From: Epiperipatus broadwayi
Lineage: Eukaryota; Animalia; Onychophora
Assembly (NCBI GenBank): GCA_028023455.1
Contig: JAQFVV010000002.1
Location: forward strand, 18,290,001-18,354,000
Direction of reading: 5' to 3'
DNA length: 64,000 nucleotides
Made by a program: the position numbers and the translations under genes. The first letter of the stretch is position 1. Every line of letters begins with the position of its first letter. Below are positions 1 through 14,278 of this stretch, piece after piece. A model generated the notes under the pieces. That model worked only from the letters and a program-made list of their open reading frames with translations. It did no database searches and had not been told where the DNA came from.

Positions 1-320
1 TTTATTATTATTTGAGAACACCTTTGGGTATGTAAGTATATATGCTTTATATAAATTGTTAATATATATATCTGTAATTAAACTGCTTATAATGTTTGCA
101 TTAATAATCTATTAAATCATAATCCTAAGTTGTTGCAGTATTATTATTGTTACCAGATGAGTTTTATATAGGCTTACATTTGTTTGATAGCACATGGATC
201 ATTTCCAGATGTAGCAATTGATGCAATCATAAGTCGAACTTGAAACAAGCTAAAAAGAGATAAACCATCAGAGTAATAGGCATTAAACAATCTGCTAAAA
301 TATAATCATCAATTGATAAA

Positions 321-840
321 TTTGACATCAATGCTGTCAGTAATTTGCCTCTTTATGTTCAACATGTAAAGAAATATCTCTTCACTAATAAAATTGAGGA
401 TGAGAAAATTAGTTACATAACTGTTGTATTTTGCAGGAAAAGAAGTAATAGAGATTGCTAATAGGCTCTGTGAACCTGATACTCCAGAGGATTATCTGTA
501 TGATCAAATAAAAGATCACTTGGCAAATTATTTTAGTCCATGTTCATCTGGGTACACCACCAGACTTCATTTCAGAAATAGCTATCAGGCCAGAAGTGAA
601 AAAATTAAAGATTACAAATTAGCTCTTTGTGATCTAGCGAAAATTTGTATATATGTCTCATTTTTGGATAAGCCACTCCTTGTACAATTTCTGTGGGTGG
701 AGGGGGTGAGCAGTGACAGTTTAAGACAACAGCTGTTAGCTGATGATGAAATTAAATATAGCAAAGCTATAAAACATGACATAGCTCATGAATCAGTTCT
801 TGAGCAATCAAGAATTCATGGAGGTAAAAATCCAGGATAA
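321..840 (+). pseudogene. Frameshifted Ty3/gypsy (Mag/K02A2.6-like) gag remnant
   Basis: Frame from 321 reads FDINAVSNLPLYVQHVKKYLFTNKIEDEK. It shifts into ORF 424-840 with LANYFSP..TTRLHFRNSYQ..EKIKDYKLALCDLAKIC..FLD..L..QF..G..SDSLRQQLL, the pattern typical of this gag class (recognised from memory). Confidence 0.7.
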
Positions 841-1250
841 AATACAAAAGGACATTTGTAAGACATTTAAAGTAAAGTTTAAAAACGAGAAACAACAGAT
901 CTAGAGCTATGATCTATTGGCTTTGAGATCCAGAGTATCTCATTCTACTACTGTACTAAATCTGCAGGAAATTAATTAATAAATATGTTTATTGATTATT
1001 GAATATTTTTTATTGTTGTAACTATCTACCATTTTGAATCTATTATATAATCATTAAATATAAATTTCTATAATTTTGTTTTAAATTATATATATATCTC
1101 CAAAAGATTGTTGAGAAAGATTATTTACAATTAACTAGGGTTTTATTTTACCACATATATCAATCGAGTTTTTTAAAAAATAAAGTGAGTATTCTTGTTT
1201 TTCACCTAATTTGTAAATTCCAGTTTTATTCACATATATAAATTCAGCTA

Positions 1251-1356
1251 GTCAAGCGTTGTTAGCCGAGAGGTCATCGCACCCGCCTTGCAAGCGAGTA
1301 GTTGGTTGCAGAAGGGTGTGGGTTCGTGTCCCGGCCGATGCTATGACATATAAGAT
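1251..1356 (+). mobile_element. tRNA-Gly-derived short SINE, long form
   Basis: A-box-like TAGCCGAGAGG and B-box-like GGTTCGTGTCC. 14-bp TSD TATAAATTCAGCTA at 1237-1250 and 1357-1370. The 3' end plus TSD is tandemly duplicated at 1371-1409. Homologous copies at 15448, 20173 and 22959. Confidence 0.8.
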
Positions 1357-3639
1357 TATAAATTCAGCTACGGCCGATGCTATGACATATAAGATTATAA
1401 ATTCAGCTATGTTTTAGGAAGCTTGAAAAGATTCTTGAATGACGTTAGAAAGTTATTTCAGAAATGACCGTATTTACATTTATCTGTACATGTATAACTG
1501 CGTTTATGTCAACATGGGATCAATTTATTCTTCTGCAAATTTGACTTTTTTTATTATCAGAAACTAAAAATATTTAAAGTTGATACATCAGTGTCAAACA
1601 ACCATTAATCTTAAAACTTATTAAAGTTAATTTAGAGCATCTATTTTAATTTTATTTACATATATTTTTAAAAAACTATTTCTTCATGAAAGTAAACAAG
1701 CCTTTGATTAAATTCGTAAATAAATAACGAAATCAATGATTTAAAAATAATCATATTTGTTTTAATTTAAAAAAAATATATATATTATGGTGGTGACTTC
1801 TATCAATTTATATATTTTTTGGTTGCTATAACCTTAAATTTTTTTTTCAATTTTTAAGAAAAATATTAACATTTTATTACATAAATCATTAAAAAAAAAT
1901 TAAATTATTTCTTTTTTTTATTTAAAGGTGGCATTTTTAAAAGAAGTCTTTTACAACACACGCATACAAAAGAAATATATTTACACAATTTCCAGATCTT
2001 TTCCCGAAACTTTCTACTTTTTTAACACTTTTATGACATTAGTCAATTTTCTTGTGCTGTTAATCCTCATATTATATTTCTATATATCTTTCATATTTTT
2101 TCCATTTCTAAGTATATATCCAACTTCATTCTTCATCTTTGCATTCTTTTTTTTTTTTAAAAAAAAACAAAAACAATTTCATTTCATTTACTCTGTTCAA
2201 CACTTTTTGTCTGATAATTTTCTTCCAACTTATATTTTTCTATTATCTTGCAAATCCATTTTACTTAAACACTTTTTTTACTCTTTTTCTAAATCTTTAA
2301 GTATCTGCTTTATATAAAGTTATATTCCAAATAAAAAACAAATGAAAATTTTTAAAATTTGAAAAAAGAACCTATAAAATTTAATATTTGTTTGCAGGTG
2401 AAAAATTAGAATTTTAATAAGATATTACTATTTTTTAAAAATTTTTAAATTTTGGAAATATAGTTTTATTGAAAAACAAATACCATTTACAAAAGCATCA
2501 ATAGCTTGTGATTAATAGATCTCAAGAAAAGGATGCATATGAAATTGATGAATAACAGGGCAAAATTGACTGTGCAGTGTGCAAATGCTGTATAACCAAT
2601 TACAGTTTATAAATAGCTTATGGAAAAACAAAAACATCCACATTTCTCTACAAATAAAACATGAAAGATTAGGTAATAGAATAATGATTTACAGTTTTTG
2701 TTTTAAACATTAATTTTTATTAAGTGCATAGTCAGCACATAAATACATATAAGGTTTTAACCATAACACTATGCACCTTGAGTGCTTAATTTTACCACTA
2801 GAGGGACCTCTCCAAATTTAACTTTATAAAGATAACCTGTAAAAATCTTAACACAAGAACATGCCTTTATAAAAATAAGAGCAGTTGTCTTATCTTCAAT
2901 CTACTTTCTAATTATATAGGCAATTATTTTATCTTCTAGCTAAACCAGGTCAGATATTCATTTAATAAATAATAATTAGATTACTAGCTATACTGGCAAT
3001 AGTTTATTTAAAAAAATCTTGGGATTAAAATCTGAAGAGCATGACTATACCCTGAGAAACGTTGTACTTTCTTTTATATATTGACATATATACTTTTATA
3101 TTGACACTATATTCTTTATTTATGATTTTTTAAATTAACACATTTCTTTTTAATTTATGTATAGAAAAATAAAATAAAACCAAACAAAAGATAAATATTA
3201 AATAAATTAAAAATTTACAATAGTTGAAATCATTTAAGAAAGCAGTTTGTTCATATAATTTCATTTAATTTGCAATTTTATTCTGGATTAAAATTACAAA
3301 AGTCATTTTGGAGAAAAAATTGAAAACATTTGAGATATAAGTTAAAGTTTATTGCTTTAACATATCATTAATATAATTTTCATTATTTTTATCAAAATAT
3401 TAAGTGATTCCATTTTTTGTTTGTTGAAGAAATACCTATAATGAAAGTTATATTTTCCCCCAAAAGACTTCATTAATTGAATGAAAAAATGAGGGTATAA
3501 ATTTTGCAAGGCAAACAGAACTTATAAAATTAATTACATATATTTAAATTTTCTTTAATGAATATCATCAAAAATCCAATTTGCGGTGGGCACTAAACTT
3601 TGTGTCAAAAAAGGCTTTTTATGTATGATTAATATATAT

Positions 3640-4384
3640 TAGCTGTTGTATAATGCTTCAGAGCTACAGGAAATGTTGCAGGAGTTATCAGATGAAAGTA
3701 AGAAAGTAGGACTAAAGATAAATGTTAAAAAGATGTTTAATCAATTTGCTCAAAATATGAAAATAAAAATTGATTATGATGAAATAGAAGAAGTTAACAA
3801 TTACAAATACCTTGGCCAGATTATTAATACAGATGGAAACATAATGGATGAAATTAATCATAGAATTAAAGAGTGCTTTTGGTAGAAATAACTTGATACT
3901 AAAAGGAAATATGCCTATGTGTTTGAAAAGGAAGGTTTTTAACAAATATGTTTTACCAGTTCTTACTTATGGATCTGAGACTTGGACACGTAATAGATGA
4001 GCAGTACAGAGACTTCACACCACTCAAAAAAGTATGGAGAGATGCATGTTGGGAGTAACAAGAAGAGATCGAAAATGCAATGTATGGGTAAGAGAACAAA
4101 CAGGTGTTACTGACCTCATTGAAAAAATTAAAAGATTGAAGTGGAGTCAGGCTGGACATATTGCTAGAAAAGATGATAATAGATGGACAATTGAAATCTT
4201 AAACAGGATTCCAAGAGATTGTAAAAGATCCAGAAATAGACCACATGGGAGATGGGTGGATGAAATAAGAAAGTGTGTAGCGGTGATGTGGAAAAGAGAA
4301 GCTAAAGATCAGAAAAGATGGATTGAACTTGGAGAGACCTTCATCCTCCAGTGGATTGATAATGGTTGATGATGATGATGATGT
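3640..4384 (+). mobile_element. 5'-truncated RTE-clade LINE (RT C-terminus and 3' end)
   Basis: ORFs 3646-3885 (LQEMLQEL..ESKKVGLKIN..YKYLGQ) and 4034-4369 (ERCMLGVTRRD..KW..AGHIAR..RW..W.D) followed by a (GAT)n tail. Confidence 0.9.
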
Positions 4385-4928
4385 GATTTTTATTTGTTAT
4401 ATTTAATTAATATATGTCTATATATATTAATCACATGAAAATAATTAAATTTGATCTAATTTCAGATTTTCTTTTTTTTTAAAAAAAAAAATATATATAT
4501 ATAATAAATCTTAAATATCACAGATAATATTTAAGCATTTATAAAGAAGGGCCTCATGTTGCAGTACTCAGTCATGCCCAAATGGCACTACGAATTCAGA
4601 CCAGATGAAGCATAAATTTTTTCAAATTACAAACTGGTTTGAATTTTTCTCTTAGGTAGACTGCGATTCCTAGCTAATCCAGCCAGACATTCAACATACA
4701 ACAAAAAATATCAAAATTAAGTATAATGCCTTTAATTATCTTGTAGTAATTTTATACAAGTATTCAAGAAATTCAAAACTTCCAAATAATTTTCTAATCT
4801 TTACCCTGTTCAAGTAATTTGATTGTAGAAATTCTAGTGATAAAGTGGCCTGCAAAAAAATTTTTATGCTGTAATTAATAAAACAAGACACAAAATTGTG
4901 TAACTTGCTTTTAAGCTTGTATTAAAAT

Positions 4929-5169
4929 GTTCACTAGAGGGCGCTTACCACTAACTCCAATCAAGCTTTAATTTATAAGTGCTGAAAGAGAAAGAATTCA
5001 AAATCTCTATAAGGACATGCTCCAATCAAGCTTTAATTTATAAGTGCTGAAAGAGAAAGAACTCAAAATCTCTACATGAACTTTCTGATAGAGATTTTGA
5101 ATTCTTTTTCTTTCAGCACTTATAAATAAAAGTTTGATTAGAGCTAGTGGTAAGCTCCCTTTAGTGAAC
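4929..5169. repeat. Fold-back inverted repeat (~80-bp arms) with an internal direct duplication
   Basis: GTTCACTAGAGGG...AAAATCTCTAT is the reverse complement of ATAGAGATTTTG...CCCTTTAGTGAAC. A ~55-bp segment is repeated at about 4955 and 5020. Confidence 0.85.
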
Positions 5170-7861
5170 TTTCTTATGCAGTCCTTTAAAGAAAGAGGTC
5201 ATTGATCTCTACTCTACAAATATCGATGTAGAGGAGCATTAAAAATATAAATTAAAAACAAATTATTAGAACAGAGTTGTTAAAAAAGTTAAGGGAAAAA
5301 TTTATTCATTTAAGAAATTAGTAAGAGAAAAAAAGAATTAGTCAAGTTTATATTTAAAAGTACATGAATATTGTGGGGAAAAAAGCTTTGGAAAATAAGA
5401 AAAAAAAGTTAACAGATAAGTGAAGATATTGTGAGCTTTGGAAGGACAGAACATATAAGAAAAGCAGGAAAAATAATTCAAGTTGCTCTTTGGTGGGCAT
5501 TTTTGCCTTTACACGGTTTTTTCAAAATATTTTTTGGTTATTATTTTCAATCATTTCCTAAAACAATTATTTTTTTCAATAATAATTAATATTTTAAAAT
5601 AAAATAGTAATAACTTTTCATAATTACACTTTCATTTCTTAATAAATAACTATTCTCATGTAAGTCTGATCATCTAAACTATTTCGATCTCTAAATCATT
5701 CTTAGTTCCATTTTGGATAAGCAACATTTTACTACATAAATATGGATATGCATTAAGTATATATTTACATTTTTTTTGGAATTAAAATGGGCAAAAAACA
5801 TTTTTTTTAAATTTATAAATAGAAATTAAATAAATTTGTTGAAAAGCAACGAAAAAAATGTATTAAAAAAAAAAAGTATGTTAAACTCTTTGTCCAAAAG
5901 TAGATTGAAGTAACAAAGGAACAATGTTTTGCAGGTAGTAAGTAATACTTGATCATTTTCAATGGTAGCGTCCCTGTTATTTATAATCTTTAAAACAATT
6001 TATTCTAGCATTACAAATTCAATGTGTGCCATGAAATAATAAAATCATAGCAACTAAATGTCACAAACCAATGAAGATTAATATGTAGTATCACAAAACA
6101 ATAAGCTGTTACTTGTAATGAGTTAGTCTCGAGGACGCGAATGAATGAACTTGTTAGTTTATTTTGCTCAAATGTCACATGACATCCTAAGCAATTCTTC
6201 TATACGATTAAATATATTGAAGATTTAATCAAAATTTCATACAGATTTTCAATATTAAAAAATCTGTTTTGTTTTTATTATTGTTCTTTAAAATAATCTG
6301 AAGAAGTCGAGTTTAATATCTCTAAGAGTATTTTAAGCATACTGAAGATTATTATTGGAGCTAGATTTAAGATTGCTCTTAAGAAATATTACACATTTAC
6401 TTTGTATTAAAGATTTATTATAAAGTATTGTAGTCGTAAGACTTAACCTTTTTTGATTCTAAATAGAAATAAATGAAATTTAATATAAAAGAGACATGCC
6501 CAACTATTATTATAAATACAAATGATAAATCTCGGTTTAAAACTATTAATTTACCTTTTTTTTTCAATTAATATCATCACAGCAACAACTTTATAATTGT
6601 CTTTGTATTTTTAAATGACAATAATTTATTAGTGTCAGTTAATTTGAAAGGGGAGGAGTATTCGGTTGTTTTACAGGAATTTTCCAACAGTTTAAGCCAC
6701 ACATGGAGCAGGAAACCCTTTAGTGATAAAATCTATTTTTAAAATTAATTTTCATTATTACTGCGATATTTAAAAATACAAAGTACTAACGTGAATCGGG
6801 AAAATGGACGATTGCTTTTTTTTTTTTGACAATCCTTGGTTAAGATAAAATTAACAAATTACTAAATAGAAATAAAAATTAACATTCCAGTCGTTTGGAT
6901 CATTAGAGTAAAATGGTGGCTAAATGAGGATCTGCTTGGGCAACCATGTATGTCGTTCTCATTCTTCTAACACCATATATTTTAAAGTCACATTTTTAAG
7001 ACTCAGCAGAGCAAGTGCCGCTAGTTACTCAACTAAACAGATAACAAGTCATTTTTGAAAAACTTATTTTTTAAAAAAAGATCATTGAAATGTAAAAAGA
7101 ATTGGAGGGAATTTTTAATATTAATGTACTGCACATATTGCTAAATAATAAAACGATAAGATTTGTTAAATTTATGACAACGATGCTAGCAAATGGTGCA
7201 TTTCTTATGTTTTTCATATAAAATAAAATAAAAATGAGTGGTTCAATTCAAATATCTTACCAATGAATAAAAACACAAATATTTTTAAACATATACTTAT
7301 ATCAATTTATATGTTTAAATGTGTTTGATTGTGTATACAGTAGTTGTCTTTCATTATCTTCCCAATAACTTATAAATAAATTAACATAACCAGCTATTTT
7401 TAGCTAGAAGGTAAAACAATCTATAGAAAACTGCTTAATTTCTATTCACTTGGCATCTAGCAAGCCCAGTGATACCTTCATAACAATTTTTCAAAAGGGT
7501 CCATTGGAAACGTTTTGCTCAACAGATGCTATATTTGATGTTTTTTTTTATTTTTACCAGTATCAATAAATGTTATCACATGAAGCAAAGGTATGTTAGT
7601 CACTTCATGACATTTGTCATAGCACCAATGATTTTTTTTTTTTGGTTCTAGTCGACTAGCCATTGCACACTGCTTGATGGCTCTGTTGCTAGTCAAAAAC
7701 CAATAGATATAACATTACTTGGCTGATTTACAATTTTGTTATTATTTATTCAAAAACAAATAAATATAAAGTTTTCATCGGGTTTTTTTTTATTATTATA
7801 GGGATTTACATTTATTTTTCTTTAAAACATTTTTTTGGGGGAAAACATTAGTTTCTAAATT

Positions 7862-8090
7862 ACATTATACATGTCGAGTGTGTAGCATGGGAATGTGCAG
7901 GGAGGGGAGCCAATGGTTTTTCCAATCCAAAGGATTGGCCAAAAAATGCACTACTCTGATCAAGCATTTTAAAATTACAGTATACATGGCAGCATGTAGT
8001 GCTGGAATGTGCAGGGAGAGGGAGTGATGATTTTGACAATCCGAAGGATCGGCCAAAACATGCGCTACTCTGATCAAACAAAAATATATA
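7862..8090 (+). repeat. Two diverged tandem 114-bp units with a degenerate hammerhead-like motif
   Basis: GGAATGTGCAGGGAG at 7890 and 8004. The second unit reads GAG-TGATGA-TTTTGA-CAATCC-GAA-GGATCGGCC-AAAAC-ATGCGCTA-CTC. Confidence 0.55.
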
Positions 8091-10614
8091 AGAAACATTC
8101 CACGATGACATTTTGAAAACTATTTTACAAAAATTTACGAAACAACATTATTTAATAAAATGTAAGAATTCCATTTTAAAATTACCGTTTGATCAAACCA
8201 AGCTTATGCTTTTAAAAACAACGACAAAACACAGCTATTTTAGTAGTCTCATAGCTGTTCTTGTGCAAAATTCCTTTTTTGCATGAATTCTGTAAAATGG
8301 TGGTGGGCCGTACACTTTTGCAATTTGTTTCATCTTAAAAAGATGTGTACGGAAGCATGGTAATGGGTTTACAATTATTACTATCTAAAACTATGTCAAA
8401 TCATGTGAAAAATCATTACTTCGAATGCACATGAACAGAGTTATAGCCACTTGAATTTTATAACCCTCACATCATACCTTGGTGATCTGTGAAGTGTGCA
8501 CTATTTGCATAGTATCGTGAAGCACAAAAGTGGGCTGTAATATTTGTGTGCAATGCCATCTAGGCCTGCTTAATGGTGAATATGAACAGAACTGTTCTAT
8601 AGGCCATGTAAATGGCATATTTCTGTACTTTTGCATGAAATCAGTGACATCAAGTGGCATGTGGCAGCTAATCGACGAGTACCTTTTTTTTACTACAACA
8701 AGGATCAGCATGATCAATATGAAATCTAGACCAAGGATTGTTCAATTCACATCAACAACTGATTTTGCTTTTTCGCTTATGTGTTCTGTGTTGCCAAGCA
8801 ACATGTATTCATAAGTTTTGCTAATTGCACAATAGTTATAGTTTTCCATCCATCATTTTACTCTCTAGATAAGAAATAGCTGCAAAATATTAATTAATTT
8901 AACACAATTGGAAATGTAATTAAATATATGATAAACAGATATAATATTTTGATATCTTATTATTGGCAAGCCATTTTAACAAAAACATTGAATTCAATAT
9001 AAAAACACTTCCTTTTACACAAGTGCAATATCATTAATCCTGCATTTCTTCTTGATAATGATTTTTTATTAATTAAATAAACATGTAATAATAGTTCAAC
9101 GAAACATTTATTTTCATGACAAACCATTCACATTCACAAAGTAGCTGTATATTACTGAAACGTTAACTGATCATTATAAACTACTAATTTTAAAATCTAA
9201 GATTATATTAATAATATAAAGCTGTTTAAAATATTTACTTATTTTTATAACACTATAGAGTTTTTATATTGTAGGATAATAAATACAATTATCAACTGGT
9301 CATATCCAGACATCCTATCATTGTACTAAGTACCCTGCAGATATGATAGTGACATATTCAAAACAAAAGATCCATGGTTTGCAAGTTTGGCTCTGTCCTT
9401 CCAGTGCTTAATAAAACATTTGATTATTATATTATAATAACAGAAATGTAACCACTAATTTGTATATATCACATTAAACACTTTTATATCATAATAATAA
9501 AAACATTTAGTCAGAACTCTCCCCACATCATTATTTTTCAGTCTGAAATTCAAGATATCTTATTTAGCAATTTAACCATCCTCTCGTACTGTTGGAAGGT
9601 TTTAAAGCTGTGTCACTTAAATGTATTATTTGCTATGGCAGACAAATATAATTGACAACAGTGTACATAAAATATAAGTATTACAAGCTATATGAGAGCG
9701 AATCATAAACCCAATCACATTTTCTACTCATGTGCCCCATGTTTAATAATATCCAGTGTGATATCCCCAAAATATTTAAAAATAAAGATTACAATATGTA
9801 TACACTTTTCAGTACATTTAATAAAGGTATTTATGCATGCATTTGGGCCAGTATATTTATACTATTCTCATTGTAGTGTACCAGATGTATATTTATGTAT
9901 GATTCAAACACAAGAACACACTCTAACACATTTAGAAACAAAATGGATATTATATGTGTAAGGGATGAAACATTTTCACCAACTAACATTTATTCAAACA
10001 CATAGTCACTAATGTGACTTCACTAGAATTTGGCATTATTCAGTATTATAAAATGATAACTAGATAATAGCAAAAAAAGAGATTAATGCAGAGATGTACA
10101 TAGAAAGATGTTAATATTATATAACAATCAGAAAATGTTAAGCTGCTTTCAAGATTGTATTTTTTTTTTGTTACAAATAAATTTGTAATTTTCCCATCTC
10201 TAATATGGGTTGAAGATACAGAGTATATGATGTAAATCACATATCTTCCTTTGTTTAAAATCTCATACTTTTTTCTTACTCTATCCTATGTATGTGGTAC
10301 TAAGTATTGTTTTGTAAACATAATTATAGTTCAATAAAGCTTTTTGAAAGTAATAAAATATAAATATTAAATCTGATTTAAAATTTTTTTAAACTAAGAT
10401 AAGATTAGTTGAAATCAAATTAAATTATAATTAAATAATTTATTTTTGTTATATTCACCTTCTTACTTTTAGTAATAATTATTACTAAAATTTATGACCA
10501 AATTAATGATCATTATTTTTATTATATTAATCTTCAATTTGTTTTACTTTATTGAATTCACTCTCTTAGAGCCTCTTCATTTCATTGGTCATCTTTTCTA
10601 CATTAACTTTGACA

Positions 10615-11116
10615 TAGTTAAGATTTTACTTCATTAACGCTTAAAATAAATTAATATATATATATGTGCTCTGCACACAGATAATGAAGCTATTAATTGT
10701 CAGTGAATTATTAAAATTTACTGCCAAGCGCTTTCAGGACAGTTTACAGTCCCATATTCATGGCGACTTATTCTATTATTAACTGTAAAATTATGCAAAT
10801 TTTATGCAAATTTATTTGCAGATGTTACGTGGACCATTTACAAGATAGGGAATAGCAGGCCTCTCTTCTGTTGATTGTCGATGGGTCACCTGCAATTAAC
10901 AGAAGAGAGGCCTGCTATTCCCTATCTCGTAAATGGTCCACGTAACGTCTGCACATAAATTTGCATAAAATTTGCATAATTTTACAGTTAATAATAAAAT
11001 AAGTCACCATGAATATGGGACTGTAAACTGTCCCGAAAGCACTTGGTGGTAAATTTTAATAATTCACTGACAATTAATAGCTTCATTATCTGTGCGCAGA
11101 GCACATATATATATTA
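10615..11116. mobile_element. Palindromic Penelope-like 3'-end insertion (~220-bp arms)
   Basis: Arms of about 10649-10872 and 10898-11119. The right arm begins with INRREACYSLSRKWST* (10895-10945), similar to INRRDTCFVISKRWTI* of the GIY-YIG remnant at 30462. 13-bp TSD ATTAACTTTGACA at 10602-10614 and 11117-11129. Confidence 0.85.
11003..11050 (+). ncRNA. Minimal type I hammerhead ribozyme, A3-U8 core variant
   Basis: GTCACC-ATGAATA-T-GGGAC-TGTAAACT-GTCCC-GAAA-GCAC-TT-GGTGGT, giving 6-bp stem I, 5-bp stem II and a tetraloop stem III. The mirror copy at 10720-10767 (-) keeps the palindromic GCGC loop. Confidence 0.75.
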
Positions 11117-11427
11117 ATTAACTTTGACAATGGAATTGGATGTTTCTTCAATCACATATCTATTCTTCAATTGCACATACATCAAGTCTGACTCCAATTT
11201 GTTTTTGTCTTTTTTAAGAATCTAGTAATGATCAAATTCAATTAGATCTAATGACCAATGGTAATAAATGATAGTGATTTCTTTATTTTTTTTTTAATTT
11301 GAATTTCTGTGTTCATTTTTGAAATGTTTATTCAAAATTAATGAAAAACCTTACTTAAGTAAATTTTAATTAATGTTAAATAATGTAATTTTAGGAATTT
11401 AGTGAACTTTATCTCAGAAAATGCAAC

Positions 11428-11640
11428 AAAATATATATACAACCATATTAGAGATAAGCTTTATATTGCATAATTAGCGAAGTGTACCTAACATGCTTTC
11501 GACCACTTAACCATAATAGTTTTTCTTCTTACCATCAATACCATGATTATATTATTATTAAATGGTCGAAAGCATGCTCAGCATACTTTGTTTATTATAC
11601 AATATAAAGCTTATCTCTAATATGGTTGTACATATATTTT
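11428..11640. repeat. Inverted repeat (~75-bp arms) containing the 3' half of a hammerhead motif
   Basis: The arms carry TGGTCGAAAGCATG(C)T(C). No intact CUGANGA-type core is seen. Confidence 0.7.
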
Positions 11641-11732
11641 GTGTTATTGTTAAATAATAATGTTTGATTAAAGAATTGCTTCTAATTTTATTCCAGAATG
11701 TGGGAAATAGTAGTTCTAATATCAGTATACAT

Positions 11733-11850
11733 TATCATCATCATCAACCATTATCAATACACTGCAGGATGAAGGTCTCTCCAAGTTCAATCCATCTTCT
11801 CCGACCTTTAGCTTCTCTTCTCCACATCACCCCTTTCTTATTTCATCCAT
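11733..11850 (-). mobile_element. RTE LINE extreme 3' end
   Basis: Reverse complement of 4255-4384, including the CAT repeat tail. Confidence 0.85.
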
Positions 11851-12488
11851 GATTATTAAACAGCAAGTTTTTTTTTTAAAAGATACTTCTGTTTTTGTTT
11901 TGCTTTTTTGTAAAAACTTTAAAATAATTTATTATTTATCAATATTTTAATTTTTAATTTTAAAAAATATTTAGACTTTTTATGCTAGATCAATTTATGT
12001 CATTTTATATTTATTTCTTTATAAATGTTAAAAGACATACTGCATAAAAGGAACATCACGACATATAGCAATAAAATCAAAAGAAATTTCCAAAAAAAAT
12101 TTAAAAGAAAAAAGTAAAAGTTATAAATAAGATTTGAAAGTTGAAAGACATAGATTAAATATTAGCGCACGCACACACACATACATCCTTACAAATGCTA
12201 TCATAATTTTCAAAGTCAATGAAACTTTTATACAAATTAAAGATTGTTTCTTTTCTGATTCAGTGTATGTGTAAGGCAATAAAAATATGTTATTATATTC
12301 AAAATAAGGATACCGGTTGAGCAATGACAAATGCCATAGTGTTTTTAAAAAATATAGTTAATAAGGACACTTTATCTAAAAAAATATTTTGGGCTTTTTT
12401 CCAAAAAAAATAGATGGCTAAAACTATCAAAATATGGTTAGTAAAGTAAGAATTAAAAACTGTCTCTGCATTATTGAAAAATGTGTTT

Positions 12489-12587
12489 TCAATACATTGG
12501 TGGTCTAGCGGTTAGAATGGCTGTGTTCCAAGCAGCTGGCCTGGGTTCGCTTTCTAGTCAAGGCATTTGACATCGGAAAAAAAAAAG
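12489..12587 (+). mobile_element. tRNA-Gly(TCC)-derived SINE, short form
   Basis: CATTGGTGGTCTAGCGGTTAGAATGGCTGTGTTCCAAGCAGCTGGCCTGGGTTCGC..., followed by TTTGACAT and poly-A. Homologous to 33229. Confidence 0.75.
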
Positions 12588-12593
12588 TAATGA

Positions 12594-13349
12594 GATGTGA
12601 TTTTTACTTTTCTCATCAGAGGTAGATTTCTGTTTTGTAACATGCTCATTCATTTGTCATAAAAATGGAAATGTATCTACCACTTAAACAAAGAGACAAG
12701 TATTGAGCATTTTACAGTTGAGTCCAAAATTCATATGGCTTACTATCATTCTACCTTTTTTCTGAATGAAAATTCTTGATTGTCCACCATAGATGTGATT
12801 TTTACTTTTCTCACCAGAGGTAGATTCCTGTTTTGTAACATGCTCATTCATTTGTCATAAAAATGGAAATGTATCTACCACTTAAACAAAGAGACAAGTA
12901 TTGAGCATTTTACAGTTGAGTCCAAAATTCATATGGCTTACTATCATTCTACCTTTTTTCTGAATGAAAATTCTTGATTGTCCACCATAGATGTGATTTT
13001 TACTTTTCTCACCAGAGGTAGATTCCTGTTTTGTAACATGCTCATTCATTTGTCATAAAAATGGAAATGTATCTACCACTTAAACAAAGAGACAAGTATT
13101 GAGCATTTTACAGTTGAATCCAAAATTCATATGGCTTACTATCATTCTACTTTTTTTCTGAATGAAAATTCTTGATTGTCCACCATAGATGTGATTTTTA
13201 ACATGCTCATTCATTTGTCAGAAAAATGGAAATGTATTTACCACTTAAACAAGAGATAGGTATTGAGCATTTTATGGCTGAGTCCAAAATTCCTATGGCG
13301 TATTATCATTCTACTTTTTTTCTGAATGAAAATTCTTGATTCTCCACCA
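12594..13349. repeat. Tandem array of a 198-bp unit: three near-identical copies and one diverged, deleted copy
   Basis: GATGTGATTTTTA starts at 12594, 12792, 12990 and 13188. Confidence 0.95.
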
Positions 13350-14278
13350 CATCAAATTATGTGTGTGCGTGTAATGTTTTCTATCATTAAAAATACATTA
13401 ACACTTCTTAATCATCATAAATATCAGATTAAAAAAACTTTGCCCCTGTATGATAATAATTACTCAGCTTTATAATTTCACATTTTCCTTAACATTTGCC
13501 TAGATTCTATTTAGATTATAAAAGGCATTACATATCTAACACCTAATTAGTTTATTTTACCAATAGTACATTAGCAAGCCTGATTAACTATATTATCTTT
13601 CCCCCATCATAATGGAGCAGCATTAAAACATCAATCATTCTGGTATACTTTTTTCCACTTATAATATGATCCAATCTATAGCTTTCAATCTATAGTATTC
13701 AATCTATAGCTGATTATAAGACATGAAAAAAGTTTCAGAAAGAAAACCTTCATACGAATCTGTTTAATTATTGATAATTCAAGAATTAATGTCATTATCA
13801 TTATTATTGCAGTGATAAAATAATCACTAGAATCTAATCCTATCAGTATGAATAAATTCTATTTTCTGATGAAAACATAATACGTAATGAGAGTATTCAG
13901 ACATATCTTATCTTCAACTTTTCCAGAATATTTCTGATAAAATGGATGTCATTATTAATATTAAGATTAACATATTGCTATAATCCCATGTTATATTTGA
14001 TTGCAAAAGTATATATTAAACTTTCATAAAGATAAGTTTTTCAGAAGTTTTATGCAAAAATATTATATATTATTAAAAAAAAAAAAAATTCCCTAAAAAA
14101 AGTTTAAAAACATTTGTTAGTATGAAATTGAATTTAATGTACTTATTTTCAATGACATGGATGGCTGAAAAGCTGGAGAGTGGAGAAGATTGAAGCTTGT
14201 CTATTAAAGTGTGAAGATTTCCTATTTTAATATAAACTGAGCACTGATTATGTATACATGTGGAATATGGTGATTTGG

